This document shows, in pieces, positions 31,701 to 37,941 of a stretch of 37,941 nt of DNA. Source of the DNA: an uncultured Eubacteriales bacterium (GTDB taxonomy: Bacteria > Bacillota > Clostridia > Lachnospirales > Lachnospiraceae); assembly GCA_900320575.1 (NCBI GenBank), contig ONST01000181.1:1-37941 (forward strand), in the 5' to 3' direction. The translations under genes were made by a program, and so were the position numbers. Below the pieces are notes generated by a model. That model saw nothing but the letters and a program-made list of their open reading frames with translations, made no database searches and had not been told where the DNA came from. The first letter of the stretch is position 1, and every line of letters begins with the position of its first letter.

Positions 31701-32709
31701 TATTCTCGCAATTGAGACCTCCTGTGACGAGACCGCCGCGGCGGTCGTCCGCAACGGGCGGGAGGTGCTCTCCAACGTGATCTACACCCAGATCGCCCTG
31801 CACACGGTCTACGGCGGTGTGGTCCCGGAGATCGCGTCCCGGAAACATATCGAAAAAATCAATTATGTGGTGCAGAAGGCGCTGGACGACGCGGAAATGA
31901 CCCTGGACGAGATCGACGCGGTGGCGGTGACCGCCGGACCGGGTCTTGTCGGCGCGCTCCTTGTGGGGGTGGCGGAGGCCAAGGCCATCGCCTGGGCCGC
32001 GAAGAAGCCGCTGATCGGCGTCCATCACATCGAAGGTCATATTTCCGCGAATTATATTGAACACCCGGAGCTGGAGCCTCCGTACCTGGGGCTCATCGTC
32101 TCCGGCGGGCATACGCATCTGGTCGTCGTCAAAGACTGGTCAGAGTTCGAGATCCTGGGCCGGACCGTCGATGACGCGGCCGGAGAGGCCTTCGACAAGG
32201 TCGCCCGGGCCATCGGACTCGGCTATCCGGGCGGACCGAAGATCGACAAGGCCGCGAAGGAAGGCAATCCCGACGCGATCCATTTCCCGAAGGCAAAGGT
32301 CAGCGGGTCGGCGTACGACTTCAGCTTCAGCGGCTTAAAGAGCGCGGTGCTCAATTATCTGAATCACGCGGAAATGGTGCACGAGGAGGTCAATCCTGCA
32401 GATCTGGCCGCCAGCTTTCAGAAGGCGGTGGTAGAGGTCCTCTGTGACCACACGGTATCTGCCGCCAGGGATCTTGGGATCCGCAAGGTGGCGATGGCCG
32501 GAGGCGTGTCCGCGAACAGCGCCCTGCGGGCGGCGATGCAGAAGACCTGTTCGGAGAACGGACTGGATTTTTATGTGCCCTCGCCCGTGTACTGCACGGA
32601 CAACGCGGCGATGATCGGCGCCGCGGCCTATCATGAATACCTGAGCGGTTACCGGAGCGGCTGGGATCTCAACGCCGTCCCGAATCTCCGGCTGGGAGAG
32701 CATCTGTGA
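31681..32709 (+). CDS. tsaD: tRNA N6-threonylcarbamoyltransferase TsaD
   Basis: [47 protein letters not shown]. Confidence 0.97.
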   Translation: MSAQNIDILAIETSCDETAAAVVRNGREVLSNVIYTQIALHTVYGGVVPEIASRKHIEKINYVVQKALDDAEMTLDEIDAVAVTAGPGLVGALLVGVAEAKAIAWAAKKPLIGVHHIEGHISANYIEHPELEPPYLGLIVSGGHTHLVVVKDWSEFEILGRTVDDAAGEAFDKVARAIGLGYPGGPKIDKAAKEGNPDAIHFPKAKVSGSAYDFSFSGLKSAVLNYLNHAEMVHEEVNPADLAASFQKAVVEVLCDHTVSAARDLGIRKVAMAGGVSANSALRAAMQKTCSENGLDFYVPSPVYCTDNAAMIGAAAYHEYLSGYRSGWDLNAVPNLRLGEHL

Positions 32710-33368
32710 CGGCGGCGGTCGTTCTGGCTGCCGGAGCCGGAAAACGGATGGGCGGGGACGTGCCGAAACAGTTCCTTATGATCGGCGGCCGGCCGATGAT
32801 CGCGGTGACGCTGGAAGCCTTTGAACACTGCGGCGCGGTGGATGCCGTCGTGCTGGTGACAGGGGCGGAGCATACGGAGTACTGCCGGAAGGAGATCGTG
32901 GAAAAGTACGGACTGCGAAAGGTCCGGAGCGTCGCTGCCGGAGGGGCGGAGCGGTACGATTCCGTCCTTGCAGGCCTTATGGCGGTTCCGGACGCGGACT
33001 ACGTGCTGATCCACGACGGCGCGCGGCCCTACGTGACGGAGGAGCTCATCCGCCGCACGGCGGAGGGAGCGGTACGGTACGGCGCCTGCACGGCGGCGGT
33101 GCCCGCGAAGGACACGATCAAGCTGGCGGACGAAGAGGGCTTTATCGCCCGCACGCTTCCCCGGAAGCGGACCTGGATCATACAGACGCCGCAGGCATTT
33201 TCCTATGAGCTGATCGTAAAGGCCCACGCGCTGATGCGGGAACAGGGCATGGAGGACGTCACCGACGACGCGATGTGCGTGGAGCGGTCCGGCCTGGCCC
33301 GGGTAAAGCTTGTGGAGGGCTCCTACGCCAATATCAAGATCACGACCCCCGAGGACCTTCCCCGGTAA
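32706..33368 (+). CDS. ispD: 2-C-methyl-D-erythritol 4-phosphate cytidylyltransferase
   Basis: [45 protein letters not shown]. Confidence 0.92.
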   Translation: MTAAVVLAAGAGKRMGGDVPKQFLMIGGRPMIAVTLEAFEHCGAVDAVVLVTGAEHTEYCRKEIVEKYGLRKVRSVAAGGAERYDSVLAGLMAVPDADYVLIHDGARPYVTEELIRRTAEGAVRYGACTAAVPAKDTIKLADEEGFIARTLPRKRTWIIQTPQAFSYELIVKAHALMREQGMEDVTDDAMCVERSGLARVKLVEGSYANIKITTPEDLPR

Positions 33369-33376
33369 GATAGAGG

Positions 33377-33406
33377 TTGCGCAGAAGAATTGCTGTCTGC
33401 TATAAT
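33377..33406 (+). promoter_or_regulatory. NCS2 permease promoter
   Basis: TTGCGC-18 nt-TATAAT with extended TG. Confidence 0.6.
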
Positions 33407-33464
33407 AATGCCGGAATGCATCGCGCTGATGTGATAAAGCGCCTGCGTTCCGGCATTCGTTTTT
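33407..33464 (+). terminator. Long hairpin with U-tract between ispD and the permease
   Basis: AATGCCGGAATGCA...TGCGTTCCGGCATT followed by CGTTTTT. Confidence 0.55.
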
Positions 33465-33492
33465 ACGTTTTTTCAGCATCAGGGGGGTTGAA

Positions 33493-34875
33493 ATGAAGAA
33501 AAATGCAGCTGGCTACACCTCGGAATATGAGCTGGAGGGCCGCATCCCGCTCGGCAAAGCGATCCTTCTCGGCATGCAGCACGTGCTGGCGATGTTCGTG
33601 GGCAATCTGACCCCGATCCTGGTGATCGGCGGGATGTGCGGTCTGGCTGACGCGGGGATCTTCACCGCGATCATCCAGAACGCAATGCTGGTCGCGGGGA
33701 TCGTGACGCTGGTGCAGCTCTATACCATCGGACCGGTGGGAGCGCGTCTCCCGGTGGTCATGGGCACGAGCTCCGGCTTTATCGGCGTCTGCAGCGGCGT
33801 GGCGAATTCCATGGGCGGCGGCGTGCTGGCCTACGGCGCGATCATGGGAGCTTCGCTGATCGGCGGTCTCTTCGAGACCGTGCTCGGCTTCTGCCTGAAG
33901 CCGCTCCGGCGCTTCTTCCCCTCGGTGGTCACCGGTACCGTCGTGACGGCCATCGGCCTGTCGCTGATCAGCGTCGGAATCAATTCGTTTGGCGGCGGCA
34001 ATAACAACAAGGACTTCGGCAGTCCGGCCAATCTCCTGATCGGCACCATCGTGCTGGTCAGCATCATTATCCTGAAGCATTTCACGAAGGGGATCTGGTC
34101 CTCGGCCTCGATCCTCTTCGGTATCATCATCGGCTACATCCTCTGCGCGTTCCTGCCGCTGATCCTCCCGACGACCTTCGTCTTCGAGGGAGAGACCCTG
34201 ACCCACTCCTGGGTGCTGCAGTGGGACCGCGTCGCGAGCGCGGCCTGGTTCTCCCTTCCGAAGCTGATCCCGGTGTCCTACGTCTTTGACGTGCGGGCGA
34301 TCATCCCCATCTGCATCATGTTCATCGTGACGGCGGTGGAGACCGTGGGAGATATCTCCGGAATCACGGAGGGCGGCATGGGAAGAGAGGCGACCGACAG
34401 GGAACTTTCCGGCGGCGTCGTCTGCGACGGTCTGGGCTCGAGCTTCGCGACCCTCTTCGGCGTTCTGCCCAACACCTCCTTCAGCCAGAACGTGGGCCTT
34501 GTGGGCATGACGAAGATCGTTAATCTCTTTGCGATCAGCATGGGCGCTATTTTCCTGATCCTGTGCGGCTTCTCCCCGAAGCTGGCGGCCATCGTCCAGA
34601 TCATGCCCCAGCCGGTGCTGGGCGGCGCTGCGGTCATGATGTTCGCCTCCATCGTGGTCAGCGGGATCCAGCTGATCACCAAGGGCGGCGTCACCAACCG
34701 GGTCGTCACGATCGTGGCGGTCTCCCTGGGCCTGGGCTACGGCCTCGGCTCCACGGCCAACGTGCTGTCCATGCTGCCTTCGTGGGTGGGCTACGTGTTC
34801 GGCGGCTCGGGCATCGTTCCCGCCGCGATCTGCGCGATCATCCTCAATATCTGCATCGCGCCGGACGAGCAGTAA
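33493..34875 (+). CDS. Nucleobase:cation symporter-2 (xanthine/uracil permease family)
   Basis: QHVLAMF, GARLPVVMG, ETVGD, NAT-like TSFSQNVGLVGMTK, PVLGG; multi-TM. Confidence 0.92.
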   Translation: MKKNAAGYTSEYELEGRIPLGKAILLGMQHVLAMFVGNLTPILVIGGMCGLADAGIFTAIIQNAMLVAGIVTLVQLYTIGPVGARLPVVMGTSSGFIGVCSGVANSMGGGVLAYGAIMGASLIGGLFETVLGFCLKPLRRFFPSVVTGTVVTAIGLSLISVGINSFGGGNNNKDFGSPANLLIGTIVLVSIIILKHFTKGIWSSASILFGIIIGYILCAFLPLILPTTFVFEGETLTHSWVLQWDRVASAAWFSLPKLIPVSYVFDVRAIIPICIMFIVTAVETVGDISGITEGGMGREATDRELSGGVVCDGLGSSFATLFGVLPNTSFSQNVGLVGMTKIVNLFAISMGAIFLILCGFSPKLAAIVQIMPQPVLGGAAVMMFASIVVSGIQLITKGGVTNRVVTIVAVSLGLGYGLGSTANVLSMLPSWVGYVFGGSGIVPAAICAIILNICIAPDEQ

Positions 34876-34917
34876 GCGCGCAATATTAGTATCAATCCAG
34901 TATCAGTGAGGAAATAA

Positions 34918-34957
34918 AAAAGCCGGAAACATTGAGAAATCAATGCTTCCGGCTTTT
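34918..34957. terminator. Bidirectional terminator between the permease and tRNA-Ser
   Basis: AAAAGCCGGAAACATTGA-GAAA-TCAATGCTTCCGGCTTTT. Confidence 0.8.
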
Positions 34958-34962
34958 AGTCA

Positions 34963-35048
34963 CGGAGACGGAGGGATTCGAACCCCCGTGGGGTTGCCCC
35001 CAAACGGTTTTCAAGACCGCCTCGTTATGACCGCTTCGATACGTCTCC
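34963..35048 (-). tRNA. tRNA-Ser (anticodon TGA); CCA not encoded
   Basis: Acceptor GGAGACG/CGTCTCC+G, anticodon arm GCGGT-CTTGAAA-ACCGT, long variable arm, GGTTCGAATCC T-loop. Confidence 0.96.
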
Positions 35049-35076
35049 CTTCAGCGCCGATCCCGGCACTCCCGTG

Positions 35077-35105
35077 ATTATAGCAGAAGCTTTTGAAAAA
35101 TGCAA
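35077..35105 (-). promoter_or_regulatory. tRNA-Ser promoter
   Basis: TTGCAT-17 nt-TATAAT with extended TG. Confidence 0.75.
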
Positions 35106-35209
35106 CAAAAAGAAGGCAGGGGCGGCGGAAGTGTGCTAAGATGAGAGTACTGTTCACCGTCTGCCGGAGATCCGGATCATGGGCTGTACTGCCGCGGAGG
35201 AGGCACTGC

Positions 35210-35238
35210 TTGACATTTTCCGGAAAAGCAGGTACAAT
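35210..35238 (+). promoter_or_regulatory. apbE operon promoter
   Basis: TTGACA-17 nt-TACAAT; the spacer contains the palindrome TTTTCCGGAAAA. Confidence 0.75.
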
Positions 35239-35312
35239 CCAACGGCAGTTAGAGGGAACGAATCACTTCTTTCCGGACCGTCCGGAGAGAGGAACACGGG
35301 AAGGAAATGAAC

Positions 35313-36356
35313 ATGAAACGACACGCGCTCGCGCCCCTTCTGCTTGCAGCCGCCCTTCTTGCGGGCTGCGGGCAGAGCGCTCCCTCCTCGTCTCCGGCAG
35401 CGGAGGAGGAGAACGCCACAGCGGATTTTTTCGCGATGGATACCTACATGTCCGTCTCGGCCTTCGGGGAAGGCTCACAGGAAGCGGTGACGGAGGCCGA
35501 GGCGGAGGTGCACCGGCTGGACGCGCTCCTGTCTACCGGAGAGGCGGCCAGCGAGGTCGGGAAGATCAACGCGGACGGCGGCGGGACCTTGAGCGAAGAC
35601 GGGCAGCGGCTGATGGAGGCGTCTCTTCAGCTTTATGAGGAGACCGGCGGCTGCTTTGATATCTCCATTTATCCGGTCATGAAGCTCTGGGGATTTACGG
35701 ATCAGAATTACCGGGTGCCTTCGGAGGAGGAGCTCCGCGGGGCCCTGGAACTGGTGGACGCCTCCGCGGTCCGCTTCGACGCTGCATCCGGTGAGGTCTC
35801 CTTTGAAAAAGCGGGCATGCAGATCGATTTCGGCGGCATCGCCAAGGGGTATGCCTCTTCCCGGATCGTGGAGATCTTTCAGGAGAAGGGAATCGCTCAC
35901 GGACTCGTGAACCTGGGCGGGAACGTGCAGGCCCTGGGAACGAAGCCTGACGGCTCGGACTGGCGGATCGGGATCCAGCGCCCGGACGAAACGGGCGGAA
36001 TGCTGGGCGTCGTCAGCATTCACGACTGCGCGGTGATCACCTCAGGCGGCTACGAGCGCTATTTTGAAGAAAACGGAAAGACCTATCACCATATCATCGA
36101 CCCGGCTGACGGTTTTCCTTCGGAGAACGGGCTGGTGTCCGTTTCGATCATCTGCGCGGACGGCATGCGGGCCGACGGCCTGTCTACCTCGCTTTTTGTG
36201 ATGGGGCGGGAGAAGGCTCTGGATTACTGGAAGGCGCACAGCTCGGAATTTGATGCGGTCCTTCTGGAAGAAGACGGGAGTCTCTGGGTGACTGCGGGGA
36301 TCGCGGACCGGTTCACGTCTGATCTGGAGTTCACGGTCGTAAAAGCGCCGGACTGA
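35313..36356 (+). CDS. apbE: FAD:protein FMN transferase (ApbE/FmnB), lipoprotein
   Basis: Lipobox LAGC; FAMDT, DFGGIAKGY, NLGGNV, TSGGYER, YHHIIDP, ADGLST; start 35313 or 35307. Confidence 0.94.
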   Translation: MKRHALAPLLLAAALLAGCGQSAPSSSPAAEEENATADFFAMDTYMSVSAFGEGSQEAVTEAEAEVHRLDALLSTGEAASEVGKINADGGGTLSEDGQRLMEASLQLYEETGGCFDISIYPVMKLWGFTDQNYRVPSEEELRGALELVDASAVRFDAASGEVSFEKAGMQIDFGGIAKGYASSRIVEIFQEKGIAHGLVNLGGNVQALGTKPDGSDWRIGIQRPDETGGMLGVVSIHDCAVITSGGYERYFEENGKTYHHIIDPADGFPSENGLVSVSIICADGMRADGLSTSLFVMGREKALDYWKAHSSEFDAVLLEEDGSLWVTAGIADRFTSDLEFTVVKAPD

Positions 36357-36366
36357 AGGAGCTAGC

Positions 36367-36735
36367 ATGAAGAAGAAAGATCTGATACTGATCGTGTCGA
36401 TCCTGGCCGTGGCAGCTGTGCTGGGCATCGGCTTCCTGCTCTTCGGAAGGAGCGGCCAGACGTATGTGACCGCTTCCGTGGACGGGAAGGAGATCGGCAG
36501 GTGGCCGCTCGCGAAAGACAGGGAGATCGATCTCGATACGGATTACGGGCACAATCATCTGAGCATTTCCGGCGGAGAGGCGAAGATGACGGAGGCGGAC
36601 TGTCCGGACGGACTGTGCAAGTACCAGGATGCGGTCAAAGGCGGCGACAATCTGATCATCTGCCTGCCGCACCATCTGGTGATCGAAGCTTCCGGCGGGG
36701 CAGAACAGGCGGACACCGACACGGTCGCGAAATAG
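36367..36735 (+). CDS. Membrane-anchored NusG domain II-containing protein (EetA-like)
   Basis: MKKKD plus N-terminal TM; ADCPDGLC and IICLPHHL motifs. Confidence 0.85.
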   Translation: MKKKDLILIVSILAVAAVLGIGFLLFGRSGQTYVTASVDGKEIGRWPLAKDREIDLDTDYGHNHLSISGGEAKMTEADCPDGLCKYQDAVKGGDNLIICLPHHLVIEASGGAEQADTDTVAK

Positions 36736-36745
36736 AGGAAGAACA

Positions 36746-37231
36746 GTGGCAAAAAAAGTGGCGTTCTGCGGGATGCTGACGGCTCTCGCGATGATCTTCA
36801 GCTATGTGGAGGCGTTGATCCCGGTCAATTTCGGGATCCCCGGCGTTAAGCTCGGCCTGGCGAACCTGGTGGTCCTGGCAGGCCTGTGGATCCTGCGCCC
36901 GCACGAGGTACTGATGGTTTCCGTTTCCCGGATCATTCTCATCAGCCTGCTCTTCGGGAACGGCGTGTCGCTCCTTTATTCCCTGGCGGGAGGCATCCTG
37001 AGCTTCTTCGTGATGCTGGGCCTGAAAAAGGCAGGCTTTTCCGGGATCGGCGTCAGCGCGGCAGGCGGGGCGGCCCACAATATCGGGCAGCTCGCGACGG
37101 CGGCGCTGATCGTGCAGACGGCCGGCATCTTCTGGTATCTGCCGGTGCTGCTTCTGTCCGGCGTGCTCACAGGAGTGCTGATCGGGATCCTGACCGGGAG
37201 AGTGCTGGCGGCCTTCGGAAAAAGTGCTTGA
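36746..37231 (+). CDS. Gx transporter family / heptaprenyl diphosphate synthase component I-like membrane protein (EetB-like)
   Basis: SYVEALIP, PGVKLGLAN, YSLAGG, HNIGQL, YLPVL. Confidence 0.87.
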   Translation: MAKKVAFCGMLTALAMIFSYVEALIPVNFGIPGVKLGLANLVVLAGLWILRPHEVLMVSVSRIILISLLFGNGVSLLYSLAGGILSFFVMLGLKKAGFSGIGVSAAGGAAHNIGQLATAALIVQTAGIFWYLPVLLLSGVLTGVLIGILTGRVLAAFGKSA

Positions 37232-37256
37232 CGGGGAAGTAAAAACCCCTTAGAAT
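37228..37256 (+). promoter_or_regulatory. Promoter for the FMN-binding protein gene
   Basis: TTGACG-17 nt-TAGAAT. Confidence 0.7.
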
Positions 37257-37357
37257 AACGATGTGAGTTAGACGGAGCGTACCATAGTACTATGCGTCTA
37301 ATTTCGTGCCGGGAGACCTTCCGGCGGCAGGCAGGGGGACCTGCATTTTTTCAGGAT

Positions 37358-37381
37358 ATAAGTTAGCTGCATCTAACTTAT
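37358..37381. promoter_or_regulatory. Palindromic operator, candidate DtxR/MntR-family metal-repressor site
   Basis: ATAAGTTAG-CTGCAT-CTAACTTAT: perfect 9-bp arms, AT-rich in a GC-rich context. Confidence 0.55.
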
Positions 37382-37450
37382 GTATGAATGCCTCTCCCGG
37401 CAGATGCAGGGCCGGGGGGCAGGACAGTATCGAAAAGAGGGAGGAACAGT

Positions 37451-37941
37451 ATGAATCGTAAAAAACTGCTTTCTGTGATCCTTTCCGCGGCGATGCTCAT
37501 GGGATCGGTCTCGATCCCCGCAGCGGCAGCGGAAAAGCAGTGGAAGGACGGGACCTACACCGGATCGGCGACGGTCAATCCGGATGAGGACGAAGATTTT
37601 GACGCCTACGGGATCGAGATGAAGGTCACGGTCAGCGGCGGAAAGATCTCGGACGTCGCGCTTTCAGGAGAACTTTCGGACGAGGATAACGAAGATTATT
37701 TCTCGAAAGCCCTGGACGGAACGAAGAAAAAGAAAGGACTTGCGGAACAGATCATTGCCAATAACGGGACGGACGGCGTGGACACGGTCTCGAAAGCCAC
37801 CTGCTCCTCTGAGGCGATCATCCGTGCCGTAAATGCGGCGCTGAAAGACGCGGAAGTGAAGGAAGAACCGACACCGACGCCGGAACCCACACCGACGCCG
37901 GAACCGACGCCGACACCGGAGCCGACGCCGACACCGGAGCC
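37451..37941 (+). CDS. Secreted FMN-binding (FMN_bind) domain protein with Pro-Thr linker; 3'-truncated by the window and absent from the ORF track
   Basis: Manual translation MNRKKLLSVILSAAMLMGSVSIPAAA|AEKQWKDGTYTGSA...KVTVSGGKISDV...GVDTVSKATCSSEAIIRAVNAAL, then (EPTPTP)n; GGGAGG RBS. Confidence 0.88.
   Translation, partial: MNRKKLLSVILSAAMLMGSVSIPAAAAEKQWKDGTYTGSATVNPDEDEDFDAYGIEMKVTVSGGKISDVALSGELSDEDNEDYFSKALDGTKKKKGLAEQIIANNGTDGVDTVSKATCSSEAIIRAVNAALKDAEVKEEPTPTPEPTPTPEPTPTPEPTPTPE
37865..37941 (+). repeat. 18-bp tandem repeat encoding an EPTPTP linker
   Basis: At least four units of GARCCSACRCCGACRCCG running to the window end. Confidence 0.9.

Noticed and set aside
33407..33492. Purine riboswitch or PyrR site before the NCS2 permease
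   Set aside because: No three-way junction with the TTTCTACC core and no PyrR-binding consensus.
35093..35638. 181-aa ORF spanning the tRNA-apbE intergenic region
   Set aside because: It overlaps promoters and apbE out of frame and has no RBS or recognisable features.
37325..37430. NiCo (czcD) or FMN riboswitch in the FMN-binding gene leader
   Set aside because: Only fragments (GCAGGC, GGGCCG, GGACAGT) resemble NiCo; the 5' ACTG partner and four-way junction are missing, and no RFN motifs are present.
37865..37941. Repeat as a possible CRISPR array
   Set aside because: Contiguous in-frame 18-bp coding repeats with no spacers.

Overview
This is a high-GC Clostridia chromosome segment, probably Lachnospiraceae, judging by the L22 N-terminal extension, the internally expanded L17 and the gene order. 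It is mostly core genome. Bases 1882-17929 hold the complete S10-spc-alpha ribosomal cluster (rpsJ to rplQ, with secY, adk, map, infA, rpoA, and rpmJ, which is missing from the ORF track). It is followed by ftsH, uvrC, hprK, an ROK glucokinase, a class A PBP, yigZ, a cyclophilin, a GAF/fRMsr gene, the tsaE-tsaB-rimI-rnz-tsaD-ispD operon, an NCS2 permease and tRNA-Ser(TGA). The most interesting parts are at the two ends. (1) At the right end is an extracytosolic flavinylation module: an ApbE lipoprotein, a NusG-II/EetA-like protein, a Gx/EetB-like membrane protein and a secreted FMN-binding protein with a Pro-Thr linker (truncated by the window edge). The FMN-binding protein has a non-canonical SKAT flavinylation motif, and its leader carries a perfect GTTAG-N6-CTAAC palindrome suggestive of metal (iron) control. 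(2) At the left end is an apparently catalytically dead SipW-type signal peptidase homolog with a very long acidic tail, divergent from a structured leader containing a boxA-like motif. Also noted are a 48-bp IS-end-like palindrome inside a terminator, two divergent promoters that look leaderless, and several structured ribosomal-operon spacers. No CRISPR array, rRNA gene or intact transposase was seen. All family assignments come from motif recognition by eye, not database searches.
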